DNA from: a virus
Lineage: Duplodnaviria; Heunggongvirae; Uroviricota; Caudoviricetes
Virus record (IMG/VR): IMGVR_UViG_3300045391_007586
DNA length: 64,000 nt
Direction: 5' to 3' (one strand)
The notes beneath the pieces were generated by a model that was not told the DNA's origin, searched no databases, and saw nothing but the letters and a program-made list of their open reading frames with translations. Shown one piece after another: positions 17,842 through 26,643 of this stretch (positions are counted from its first letter, which is position 1; every line of letters begins with the position of its first letter). The position numbers and the translations under genes are program-made.

Positions 17842-18225
17842 TTACGCGGCGAGCACTTCCGGCATGACGACGGGCAGGCTGCTGGAGCCCTCGGGATCGG
17901 ACAAATAGTCGAACGCTCGCGAGAGCGGAAGCCCACGGTGCGCGTAGGCGTTCAGAGTCGCAATTACGCAGGCTTGCAGGTGATCGGCATCGCGCAGGTG
18001 CGGCGAAACTGTTGGATCGAAGAACTCGACCGTGACGGCATTCTCGTGCAGGCGCAGTTTACCCAGGCGAGGCGGCAGCGCACGCGTGTCGTCTGGATGC
18101 TCGAACTTCACAACCAGGACGTGCGAACCATCGGCGCGCTCGTGGAGCCGGTAGAGGCGCAGATGGTGCTGGCGATAGGCGCGTGCGTGAGCTTGGCGTT
18201 GTTCGGCGTTCAGGTTGAGGCTCAT
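17842..18225 (-). CDS. hypothetical protein
   Basis: 127 aa; motif 2 copy at 18244-18283 upstream. Confidence 0.5.
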   Translation of the reverse strand: MSLNLNAEQRQAHARAYRQHHLRLYRLHERADGSHVLVVKFEHPDDTRALPPRLGKLRLHENAVTVEFFDPTVSPHLRDADHLQACVIATLNAYAHRGLPLSRAFDYLSDPEGSSSLPVVMPEVLAA

Positions 18226-18345
18226 CGTTTTCCCGTCTGGGTTCGTTGTCGATACAGATATGGTCGCAACGCAGACAAGGAAAGGGGGTGGCGAACTACA
18301 TCGCGCCGTGGCATCGCAATCGGCCGGCGCGAAGCCGGCGCGAGG

Positions 18346-18525
18346 CTATGCCGCCTTTGGCAGCACGAGGAAAACACCCCGCTCGCAGACTTCAGTGTTG
18401 AACGCTTCCTCGCCGGCCTGGACGAGCGTGTTGATTGCGTCCGCTCCGGCTTGCGCTTCGTCATCCGCTTCCATCTCGATTGTGTGGCGGACAACTTCCT
18501 CGATCGTAACGACGAATTTGGGCAT
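18346..18525 (-). CDS. small acidic hypothetical protein (59 aa)
   Basis: AGAAGGAGAAAG RBS; MPKFVVTIEEVVRHTIEMEADDEAQAG... Confidence 0.35.
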   Translation of the reverse strand: MPKFVVTIEEVVRHTIEMEADDEAQAGADAINTLVQAGEEAFNTEVCERGVFLVLPKAA

Positions 18526-18554
18526 GGCTTTCTCCTTCTAAAGCTGATCGGGAA

Positions 18555-18824
18555 TCACTTCCAGAAGCCAGGGTTCGGGACGCTCTGCAAGGCACGGCTC
18601 CGAAGCAGGCTCTTTTCACTGTTCAGTTGGCTCTGCGTGAGCCCGATGTGACCGGAAGTGCTCGGGTTGAAGTATCCCGGCATCAAGTCCTTGCGCGCAG
18701 ATCGCTGGCGATACAAGCGCATGTAGTGCTCGGTTGACTTGAAACCGCGGATCGGATGGCCGCTCTTTGGATACGCGCTCGTCGCGGCCGTTGCGAGCAA
18801 AAGCAAAACTGCGAGTTTCCGCAT
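18555..18824 (-). CDS. secreted protein with signal peptide
   Basis: MRKLAVLLLLATAATSAYP signal; motif 2 copy at 18847-18888 upstream. Confidence 0.5.
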   Translation of the reverse strand: MRKLAVLLLLATAATSAYPKSGHPIRGFKSTEHYMRLYRQRSARKDLMPGYFNPSTSGHIGLTQSQLNSEKSLLRSRALQSVPNPGFWK

Positions 18825-18896
18825 CGTGTGTCTCTGGTTCGTTGCGACAGGTGAATGATCGCGCCCGGTAGCAGGCGCGAAAACCGTTGACGTTGG

Positions 18897-19124
18897 CTAT
18901 CTCGCGAAGTGCGCTTCGAGCTTTGTGTGGATCTCTTTTGCGACTCCCTGCCACGCATCGGCGCCGATCATCGGGTTCTCGCCGAACGCCTCGCGCAACT
19001 CTTCGATCGGCGTCTCGGCGACCTGTCTGGCGTGCTTCGACAGCACGTCCATCACGAACGCCTGCGCGAGCGCGCCGAAACGCGAGAACTCCATAATCTT
19101 CGTGACGCATTCCACGTTGGTCAT
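18897..19124 (-). CDS. hypothetical protein
   Basis: Trimmed to the internal ATG (MTNVECVTKIMEF...). Confidence 0.4.
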   Translation of the reverse strand: MTNVECVTKIMEFSRFGALAQAFVMDVLSKHARQVAETPIEELREAFGENPMIGADAWQGVAKEIHTKLEAHFAR

Positions 19125-19134
19125 TTGCTTTGCC

Positions 19135-19278
19135 TTAGCTGTTGAGCCATTCTTCGTAGGTCTTGACAGCCCAGCCGAGCGCTTCGGCGTTGGCGACGTA
19201 AATCTGATACTCGTCGTCGTTTGAGCCACGCTGCTGCGTCTGCCAGTCAGCGTTCGGGATGAGTCGCGGATCGTCCAT
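19135..19278 (-). CDS. small hypothetical protein (47 aa)
   Basis: GAGGGACC RBS; MDDPRLIPNADWQTQQRGSNDDEYQIYVANAEALGW... Confidence 0.3.
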   Translation of the reverse strand: MDDPRLIPNADWQTQQRGSNDDEYQIYVANAEALGWAVKTYEEWLNS

Positions 19279-19294
19279 CTGGTCCCTCGTTGTG

Positions 19295-19335
19295 TCGTTG
19301 CGGTAGAGCTATAGTCGCAACCGGGTATAGGCGCG
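19295..19335 (-). promoter_or_regulatory. motif 2 copy (best exemplar)
   Basis: gtcgttgcggtagagctatagtcgcaaccgggtataggcgc, ending 17 nt upstream of the ATG at 19278. Confidence 0.5.
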
Positions 19336-19378
19336 TGAACCGTCGGGCTAGGAGAAGTAGCGATAGACTGCGCAGTCG

Positions 19379-19588
19379 TCAGTCGTCGCCATCCGCCCCT
19401 CCGTTCGCCACCACTTCGTCCAGTTGATCCTCATCGAGGTCGTCGCAGTCGAAGCTGCCGTCCTCGACTTGGTAGCATTGCTCCAGCTTCGCCTGGTGCT
19501 CGTCGCGCTCGTGGTGGCGATGCCGGTGTTCGTTCGCGAACGCGGCCGGCGCCCACAAGATCAGTGCGCAGATCAGGATCGTCTTCAT
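19379..19588 (-). CDS. secreted acidic His-rich small protein
   Basis: MKTILICALILWAPAAFA signal; HRHRHHERDEH then acidic tail. Confidence 0.45.
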   Translation of the reverse strand: MKTILICALILWAPAAFANEHRHRHHERDEHQAKLEQCYQVEDGSFDCDDLDEDQLDEVVANGGADGDD

Positions 19589-19818
19589 GCCTGCCCCGTC
19601 TCTTCCCGATAGTTCCTCCGCGCACCGTCCAGCAGTGTTTCGAAGTCCATGCCGTTGCGGTCGCACCAGTGCATGAGGTCGGCGAGCAAATCGCCAGGCG
19701 CCTCGTCCGCTTCGCAATTCGTCTCGCCCCTGAACGCGCGCAGTGCAACGCCGGCCCAATACGCGCGGGCGTCATTCATCCGTTCCGGGTCGGGTGGCAA
19801 TTCACGTTTGTCTGTCAT
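19585..19818 (-). CDS. hypothetical protein
   Basis: 77 aa; ATGA overlap. Confidence 0.5.
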   Translation of the reverse strand: MTDKRELPPDPERMNDARAYWAGVALRAFRGETNCEADEAPGDLLADLMHWCDRNGMDFETLLDGARRNYREETGQA

Positions 19819-20141
19819 GCGTCCTCCATCAGAATGAATCCGCAGTAAGCCTTGTCGCGCACGATGATCGCGGGGTGGTCGTATCCATCGGCCGCGCTCG
19901 TCGTCGCCTCAAGAATCCAGCGGCTCGCGTCCCAATCACGCCAGCCAGTCGTTTCCAACGCCTGCTGATAGTGGTAAAGCGACCGGAACTCGACCGTCAC
20001 GGTGTGCAGCCACTCGAAGTGACGCACGCCAAGCAGTGCGATCTCATAGTCGCCCGCGTCGTTGGCAATCTGCTCCTGCTCTTTCTCGGACAGGTTCGAC
20101 GGATACGGGAACGGATAGCCGTTTCTGAGAATCAGTTTCAT
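19815..20141 (-). CDS. hypothetical protein
   Basis: 108 aa; ATGA overlap. Confidence 0.55.
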   Translation of the reverse strand: MKLILRNGYPFPYPSNLSEKEQEQIANDAGDYEIALLGVRHFEWLHTVTVEFRSLYHYQQALETTGWRDWDASRWILEATTSAADGYDHPAIIVRDKAYCGFILMEDA

Positions 20142-20399
20142 GCCGCTTTCTCCTTCAACGTCTTGCCGGGTTCGCGGGTCCGGCAGAATTCAAGCCACGT
20201 GCAGCCGGTCGCCTTGTGCGCCTTCACAAACTCGTTGCGCAGGTCGGCATATCGGATGGCATCCTTCAGCGTGTAGGGGTGGCTGAAGCGGCCTCGAACA
20301 GTCGCGTGCGTGATCCCGTTTTCCCAGGACCAGATTCATGCCGGCCTGCCACACGATGTGATGCGTATCGTTCTGGTAGAGAATGGTTTGCCTGTGCAT
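20138..20399 (-). pseudogene. hypothetical gene interrupted by an apparent frameshift near 20290-20310
   Basis: N-terminal frame MHRQTILYQNDTHHIVWQAGMNLV..., then a second frame continues ...ENGITHATVRGRFSHPYTLKDAIRYADLRNEFVKAHKATGCTWLEFCRTREPGKTLKEKAA, ending with an ATGA overlap onto the next gene. The shift occurs at gggaaaacggg. Confidence 0.4.
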
Positions 20400-20403
20400 C
20401 GCG

Positions 20404-20664
20404 TCACCATTCGATTTCGATGGACTCGATCGCGTCTTCCGCGATGAAGATTTCGCGGTCAAGTCGCCCGCCGTCTTCCGCGGTGAGCGGGTCCGGGTGC
20501 CAGAGGTTCAGGTGAAGAACGCCGGTCTTGCGCACGCTTTCTTCCGTGCTGAAGCTGCCGCCTCGATAGAATTGCCCGCTCTTTGTGCGGACCTGGAACA
20601 CGTATCCCGCACCGCCGTGCTCCGGCTTGTCCGCTTCGTGCAATGCAGCCTGAACGATGCTCAT
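20404..20664 (-). CDS. hypothetical protein
   Basis: Trimmed to the internal ATG (MSIVQAALHEADKPEHGGAGYVFQ...). Confidence 0.45.
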   Translation of the reverse strand: MSIVQAALHEADKPEHGGAGYVFQVRTKSGQFYRGGSFSTEESVRKTGVLHLNLWHPDPLTAEDGGRLDREIFIAEDAIESIEIEW

Positions 20665-21086
20665 GGGCGGCTCCACAGTTCGGACAGGGTGAAATGCGTC
20701 TGGTGGAGACCCTTGCCGTTCTGATGCGACGGCAGATACCAGGCATCGTCCGCTTTCACGGTGAACTCGAACTTCAGGTCCGCCAGAGGCTTGCAGCGGA
20801 ACCAGACGCCCGCCTTGATCAAACCATCCGCAGTGGTGCCCGCGGCGAGAGCTCCGGCGATCGTGATCTTCACGGTCTTGCAGACATCCGGTTGCGGCTT
20901 GTCGACATAGGCGAGCGTGTCGCACTCCGGGCAGCGCCCTACCGGCGACGGGTCTCCCGGCGTCAGAACGCAGTCCTCGACATTCCGCGTCGCGCTGGCA
21001 GGCCCTTGCCAATCGCAATCGCTGCACGAACAGGGCGCGTCGTCTTCGACGCCATCAACCATTGCTGTGTATGTTTCGGTCGTCAT
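20661..21086 (-). CDS. Cys-rich (zinc-ribbon) hypothetical protein
   Basis: CSCSDCDW...CPECD; motif 2 copy at 21101-21138 and motif 1 copy at 21144-21163 upstream. Confidence 0.5.
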   Translation of the reverse strand: MTTETYTAMVDGVEDDAPCSCSDCDWQGPASATRNVEDCVLTPGDPSPVGRCPECDTLAYVDKPQPDVCKTVKITIAGALAAGTTADGLIKAGVWFRCKPLADLKFEFTVKADDAWYLPSHQNGKGLHQTHFTLSELWSRP

Positions 21087-21176
21087 GTTTGACTCGTTGT
21101 GTTGTTTCGGTATGTGTATGGTCGCGATTGCAGACAGGACTATCAATCAGCTACGACTGATTGTCCTGTCAAACCG

Positions 21177-21914
21177 TTACTCGTCCGAGCCGAGCAGCGT
21201 GGCGGCTCGCGTCTGCGCGGTCGCCAGCTCGCCAAGCGCCGTGCGCAACGCCGCCACTTGCTCCGCGCACTCTGGCGCATCGGTGTAAATGTCAGCGGCA
21301 GCAGCCGAATCAACAGCGCCGGCCGCTTTGCACAGGTCTTTCAGCGCCCGGATAGCGTCATGCCGATCAACGATCGGCTGGCCCCACTTCTCTACGATGT
21401 CGCGGATGACCCAATCGAGCAGGATCGCCTGGCCGGTCGTGCAACGGCCCCAGATGGTCATCCCCATGAAGTCGCGCGCCACAATCTCGCCGCGCTCTTC
21501 CAGCTCGCGCGCAAGCTGGTCGCTGACGATCCAGTGCTCGTATGCCTCGTTTGTATGAGGCTGTATGTCGTTCCCGTTTGCGAACGACTCCAGCTCGCCC
21601 TCCGTCTCCAGGTGTTCAAGGTAGGCTGTCAGCAGCGCTTCCTTGTCCTCGTGGTCGTAGCACTCGAAGCCAGCATCCGTCAGCGCCTCGACGAGCTTGG
21701 TCCGATCCCACTCCTGGCGCAGATAGTCCTCGACCGGCTCCTTGAAGTCGTCCTGCACGCACAGATCGCGCAGCTCGTCCTCGTCGATGTCCAGCGCACG
21801 GGCGGCGTCATAGTTCCGCGCAAGATCGCCGATAAGGCTGCTGACGCATGCGAAAACATGCTGGCCGACGAACGTGCGGCACTTTTCCTGGAGCTTCGAT
21901 TCGCTGTCTTTCAT
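21177..21914 (-). CDS. hypothetical acidic protein
   Basis: Trimmed to ATG at 21914 with AAAGAGGA RBS; motifs 2 and 1 at 21941-22008 upstream. Confidence 0.55.
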   Translation of the reverse strand: MKDSESKLQEKCRTFVGQHVFACVSSLIGDLARNYDAARALDIDEDELRDLCVQDDFKEPVEDYLRQEWDRTKLVEALTDAGFECYDHEDKEALLTAYLEHLETEGELESFANGNDIQPHTNEAYEHWIVSDQLARELEERGEIVARDFMGMTIWGRCTTGQAILLDWVIRDIVEKWGQPIVDRHDAIRALKDLCKAAGAVDSAAAADIYTDAPECAEQVAALRTALGELATAQTRAATLLGSDE

Positions 21915-22022
21915 GGTGTCCTCTTTCGCGCACATCGCGCGTCGTTGTTTCGGTAGACGTATATTCGCGCCCACGCGTAGGAGCGTCACTCATCTACGAC
22001 TGATAGCCTGCACAAAAGCCAA

Positions 22023-22298
22023 TCAAAGATGGCGAGCCAGCTCCTTCCCCACGACTTCAGCGAGGCGTTCGTCCCGCTCCTTCAGCGTGACGCGCTCGCC
22101 GGCCAGCATCCACTCTTCCGCCTGATCGTAGGACTCGGTGATCTCGCCGGACTCCATGTTCTCCCACGCGTCGTTGATGTCGTCCGACCACTCCTTGATC
22201 TTCTCGATGGCAGTCGGGAATGACATTTCGTGCGGAATGCCCAACAGGCTCGCGTTGGCTTGCGCGATGGCGTGGCGGATGTCGTCAGTGAGTGTCAT
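22023..22298 (-). CDS. hypothetical protein
   Basis: 91 aa acidic. Confidence 0.5.
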   Translation of the reverse strand: MTLTDDIRHAIAQANASLLGIPHEMSFPTAIEKIKEWSDDINDAWENMESGEITESYDQAEEWMLAGERVTLKERDERLAEVVGKELARHL

Positions 22299-22491
22299 GG
22301 CGTTGTTCCCGACTTGGCAGGACGTTCAGAAAACCTTCGAAGCGCTTCCACAGGCTCGGCCGGCGCTCAATGTTGCGCGCCAGCTCTTCGCGCGTCATAC
22401 CCTCGCGCACCAGTTCCATGAAGACTTCGTTGGCACCAGCGATGTTGCGCTGCTGATTGTAAAAGATCGCGAGCTGCTCGTCATCGGTCGT
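22285..22491 (-). CDS. hypothetical protein
   Basis: GTG start after GGAAGAGG RBS. Confidence 0.4.
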   Translation of the reverse strand, partial: TTDDEQLAIFYNQQRNIAGANEVFMELVREGMTREELARNIERRPSLWKRFEGFLNVLPSREQRHDTH

Positions 22492-22793
22492 CACGCCTCT
22501 TCCTCCACGAGAACGCCGAAATACGCGTAGCACTCTTCGCCCGCTTGCTCGCTCCAGCGCCGACGAAGATCGAGGTCCGCGAACAGCGCGTCCGCAGCCT
22601 CGTGCAACGCCTCATAGTCTTTGGGCGTCGCCTGCTTGTCGCCCATGTAGCCGGACCATCCGTTGATCTCGTCGTGCAGTCCATTCAGGACCGCATCGGA
22701 GCGCATGTTCCGGCAGAGTGGAACCGCGAACGTCTCACCGCCAAAGCCCTGAAAGTAGTCGAGCAGACACGTATCGAGGTATTTGATGTTCAT
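22491..22793 (-). CDS. hypothetical protein
   Basis: Start set at MNIKYLD so that the motif 2 copy (22809-22848) lies upstream, as at the other seven sites. Confidence 0.45.
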   Translation of the reverse strand: MNIKYLDTCLLDYFQGFGGETFAVPLCRNMRSDAVLNGLHDEINGWSGYMGDKQATPKDYEALHEAADALFADLDLRRRWSEQAGEECYAYFGVLVEEEA

Positions 22794-22925
22794 AGTCTTG
22801 TCGATATTGGTTGTGACAGACATATGCTCTCAACCGGGTATAGGCGCGACCAGTCAGTTTTGTGGCGATCGTGAAGGCGCGCTATCAGCGCACACTGTGG
22901 ATGGCCGCACGGGCGCACTGAATCC

Positions 22926-24332
22926 CTATAACGAACGCGCCAGCGTCCCGACCGCCTCTACGCTTCGCTCGAACTCGCATGTCCAAGGGTGGCCGTAGTT
23001 CAGCCGGACACAATTTCGGAATCCGCGTGTTGCCGAAAAGATCGGGCCAGGCGCAATGCCGATGCCCTGCTCCAGCGACAGCTCGAAAAGGCGTAGCGCG
23101 TCGGCCTGCGGCGGCAACTCCAACCAAAGAAAATAGCCTCCCTGTGGGCGCGCAACTCGCGTCCCAGACGGAAAGAATCTTTCGACGGCCTCCACCATCT
23201 TGTCTTGTTGAACGGCAAGATTTCTCCGGAGTTGGTGCAGATGGCGATTGTAGCCGCGACCCTGCAAAATATCGGCAATGGCCAACTGTGACGGCACGAA
23301 CGTCGATATATTGGTCATCCACTTCGCCCGCGCGACCTGCTGCGTGAAGCGGCCCGCCGCAACCCATCCCACGCGATAACCTGGCGCGAGGCTCTTTGAG
23401 AAGGAACTGCAATGGAGCACCAACCCTTTCCGATCGAATGTCTTGGATGGGCGCGGACGCGACGCTCCGAAATACAGTTCGGCGTATACGTCATCCTCGA
23501 TCAGCGGCACGTCATGAGCGGCCAGCAGTGTAACCAATGCATTCTTCGCCGCGTCCGACATAGTGACGCCGGTCGGGTTCTGAAAAGACGTCATGAACAA
23601 GCACGCGCGGATTGGATGCCGCTGAAGCGCGTCAGCAAGCGCTGAAAGATCGAGACCTTCCGTCGGATCGATGGGAATCTCGATGGCCTTCAGTCGTAGC
23701 CTATCGAGTATCTGAAGCGTTGCGTAGAAAGCCGGTGCCTGGATTGCGACCGCATCGCCGGGACTGGTTACGGTCTGCAAACAAAGCGTCAGCGCTTCCA
23801 ACGCTCCATTCGTCACGACAACTTCATCGATTGGCACCGCGATTCCCGCATCTAGGTAGCGACGGACAATCTGGCGCCGCAAGCTCTCGTCACCGAAGTG
23901 CAGTTCGATGCGGGTCGCGCCGGAACGCGTTTTGCGCATGACCGATGCCAATGCACGGTCGAGCCGATTCAATGGGAATGAGTCTGAACTTGGAAGCGCC
24001 GAGCCAAGCGGCACAATGTCGGGATTCTCGATCGAATCCAACACCCGAAACACGAGATCGTCTGAATCAGCCGTCAGGGGCACGCATGTCGGTCGGACGA
24101 TCGACGATCCAAGCAATGTCTGACAGGCACCCGGCACGACGAAATAGCCGGAACGAGGCCGCGCCTCAATGAGGCCGTCGCGTTCCAACAAGTAATAAGC
24201 CTGAAACACCGTTCCCGCGCTCGCGCCATACGACTTGGTCGCCTGACGCACAGACGGGAGACGCATGCCTGGGACAAGATGTCCGCACCGAATTAGCCCG
24301 GCAATTTGCGCCGCCAGTTTCTTGTAACGCAT
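22926..24332 (-). CDS. MocR/GntR-family transcriptional regulator with PLP-dependent aminotransferase-like domain
   Basis: N-terminal GntR wHTH (VRQATKSYGASAGTVFQAYYLLERDGLIEARPRSGYFV) and a class-I aminotransferase fold. Confidence 0.85.
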   Translation of the reverse strand: MRYKKLAAQIAGLIRCGHLVPGMRLPSVRQATKSYGASAGTVFQAYYLLERDGLIEARPRSGYFVVPGACQTLLGSSIVRPTCVPLTADSDDLVFRVLDSIENPDIVPLGSALPSSDSFPLNRLDRALASVMRKTRSGATRIELHFGDESLRRQIVRRYLDAGIAVPIDEVVVTNGALEALTLCLQTVTSPGDAVAIQAPAFYATLQILDRLRLKAIEIPIDPTEGLDLSALADALQRHPIRACLFMTSFQNPTGVTMSDAAKNALVTLLAAHDVPLIEDDVYAELYFGASRPRPSKTFDRKGLVLHCSSFSKSLAPGYRVGWVAAGRFTQQVARAKWMTNISTFVPSQLAIADILQGRGYNRHLHQLRRNLAVQQDKMVEAVERFFPSGTRVARPQGGYFLWLELPPQADALRLFELSLEQGIGIAPGPIFSATRGFRNCVRLNYGHPWTCEFERSVEAVGTLARSL

Positions 24333-24608
24333 GGTTCGAATACCTTCGCCGCATTGTCGGTCGTCCGGTTGCCCCCTTTGAATTTGCGACGGTCAATGGT
24401 GGCGAGGGCGCCGCTCGACATGGGTCGGTCTTATTAGAAATTAGTGGCAGAACAGAGGCTCCTCGTTTGTCCCGCTGGTGTGCGCCACACTTTGCGCTGT
24501 CGCTCGGGCAGAAAGTCAACCTTAAACGATGTATTACCACCTAAAACGCCCTTCATGTCAATAGGTTGTCTTGCCACTATTTGGGTGGTATATGATGGGA
24601 GGAATGAA

Positions 24609-24968
24609 GTGCATCAGGAAGAACAAACACCACTGTCAAAATCCGTGGGGAAAGCGATTGCAAACCGCCGGGTTCTGGCGAATCTGACTCAGGAGCAGGT
24701 CGCCGAAAAGCTAGGGATCGGGCAGGAAGCTATCTCGCGGATGGAGAGAGGCGTTGCGAGTCCAACGGTCACCCGTTTGGCGGAGTTGGCCGACATATAC
24801 AAATGCGATCTCAGTCAGTTGCTTACTGAAGCCTCGGATCGGGAAGACGACCAAGCCAAGATCATCTCCGCCATCATCGGTCGGTTACCCAGTAACGATC
24901 GACTCCTACTGATCGAATGGCTAAAGGCATTTGCCGACAGGCTTCTATCGGCGTCTAGACCAAATTAG
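24609..24968 (+). CDS. XRE-family (Cro/CI-type) HTH transcriptional regulator
   Basis: GTG start after GGGAGG RBS; LANLTQEQVAEKLGIGQEAISRMERG HTH; candidate TTGTCT-17-TATATG promoter upstream. Confidence 0.75.
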   Translation: MHQEEQTPLSKSVGKAIANRRVLANLTQEQVAEKLGIGQEAISRMERGVASPTVTRLAELADIYKCDLSQLLTEASDREDDQAKIISAIIGRLPSNDRLLLIEWLKAFADRLLSASRPN

Positions 24969-26572
24969 ACCCGGTAAACTTGCAATTTCGAAGTCTTGGT
25001 TAGCGAGTGTCGACGCAATGAACCACCTCGTTCGGCATCTCGCGCCCTCTGAAGTCTCCCCGCAAGACGTGACGGTCCACCGCTCTCAAGGAATGCCTCC
25101 AGCCGGGCAATAGTCAGCGCGCGACTGTAAAAGAAACCTTGTCCAAAATCGGCTCTGGAGGCGTGGAGTGCCTGGTGGTGAGCTGCGCTTTCGACTCCGT
25201 CGGCCACGAGCATGGCGCCTACGTCGTGAGCGACATCGGCCATCGTCGCAAGGCGCGACACGCGCTCGTCGCTGTCAAGAGTGAGCACCTGCCTGTCCAT
25301 CTTGATCACATCGAAATCGAAGTTCCTGAGCAAGCGGAAGTTGATCGGGCCTAAGCCGGCACCAGCGAGCGCAAATCGAACCCCGTCTTTCCTCAAGAAT
25401 GCCAACGATTCCAGCACCCGTGACGCGGTGTCCGCGCAATCACTCTCCGTTACTTCCAGAACCAGATGGGGCAATATTCCATTGGCCGACTCCTGCACGT
25501 CTGATACGAAGCTGTCGGCGGCCATTTGAGCAGCGGAGACCTTCACCGAGATATAGAACGAATTCGCAACGCTCAACTCGGCGAAATCGCGGGCTACGGC
25601 AGCAAGCATGAATCGAGTCAGAGGGCCAACTACTTTGCTGTGTTCGAGACGATTCATGAAATGCGCTGGCCCTCCCAGACCAAATTCAAGATTGTCCCAA
25701 CGAAGCAGCGCTTCAATGCCGACGCACTTGCCAGTGCGGATACGGATCACTGGCTGATACTCCAGGCGAAACTCTCCGCGCTTCAATCCTCGTCGAGCTG
25801 CGCGAGCAAGTCTTGCATCCGGCGTAAATTGCCATCTGTAGAGCGCCCAACATCCAAGGACTAGCAGACAAATAAGCCCCAGACCGAGCAACACGTAGGC
25901 GCCGAAACGCACGGCCCAAGGATCGAAAGAAGGTGCACTGATCGCTTGCGACGACGGCTCGACAGGAAATATCCTGCTGCCCTGCACAGGCACGACCCGC
26001 TCAACACACGCGCGACCCTCTCCGCATTCGGCCAGAATCGGCAACCTTGGCGCCGATTGGATAGCATCCCCAGCAGGCGCCGACACGGGCGCCGGGGCCA
26101 ACGCGTCCATGCTAAACGGCACGCTGGGCTGAGCCACGATAGAAGGGCTCACTGCTACGGAAGCGTCAGGAATAACGTTTGTGTCGGCCATGCTGCCAAG
26201 CGCCCCACCGCCGATCTCCAACGGGTCGAGCATTGAAATGCAACGCAGTTGGTGAATGTCCACCTGTCCTATCAGGCCTGCGACCGGCCCCGCCAGCGTT
26301 GCGGGTGCCGGTAGCATGACGGGAAGCGTGCAGACGGTGCCGAATTGCAGACGCGCAACGTGCTTCGGAGCAGTCATCTCCGACAATCCTTGCGCAAAGG
26401 CCGCGATCCGACGCCCCACGTCATCGATCACACTACCCGGGCTCGTGTTCGCATGCGCGGGAGGTTCCAATGCGGCGAGAAGAAAAAGCATGACGAACAG
26501 TGATTTAGTCATGCGAAAAGATGGTTTATCGCCCGGTCTCACGGCGTCACGTTGGTGGCTTATGGCAATCAT
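24965..26572 (-). CDS. membrane-anchored EAL-domain c-di-GMP phosphodiesterase (CSS-like periplasmic sensor plus EAL)
   Basis: LEYQPVIRIRTGKCVGIEALLRW EAL signature; N-terminal hydrophobic segments; start could alternatively be ATG at 26512. Confidence 0.8.
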   Translation of the reverse strand: MIAISHQRDAVRPGDKPSFRMTKSLFVMLFLLAALEPPAHANTSPGSVIDDVGRRIAAFAQGLSEMTAPKHVARLQFGTVCTLPVMLPAPATLAGPVAGLIGQVDIHQLRCISMLDPLEIGGGALGSMADTNVIPDASVAVSPSIVAQPSVPFSMDALAPAPVSAPAGDAIQSAPRLPILAECGEGRACVERVVPVQGSRIFPVEPSSQAISAPSFDPWAVRFGAYVLLGLGLICLLVLGCWALYRWQFTPDARLARAARRGLKRGEFRLEYQPVIRIRTGKCVGIEALLRWDNLEFGLGGPAHFMNRLEHSKVVGPLTRFMLAAVARDFAELSVANSFYISVKVSAAQMAADSFVSDVQESANGILPHLVLEVTESDCADTASRVLESLAFLRKDGVRFALAGAGLGPINFRLLRNFDFDVIKMDRQVLTLDSDERVSRLATMADVAHDVGAMLVADGVESAAHHQALHASRADFGQGFFYSRALTIARLEAFLESGGPSRLAGRLQRARDAERGGSLRRHSLTKTSKLQVYRV

Positions 26573-26643
26573 TCTTTCTCTATATGCGCACGATGCGCTT
26601 GGCTTTGTCGGGCGGCTCGTCGCTGCGTTCCCAACTGTGAATT

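Noticed and set aside
24985-25005. tttcgaagt string shared between 24991 and 27480, considered as a common operator
   Set aside because: The 24.99 kb copy lies inside the C-terminal coding region of the EAL gene (24965-26572), so a shared regulatory role is unsupported.
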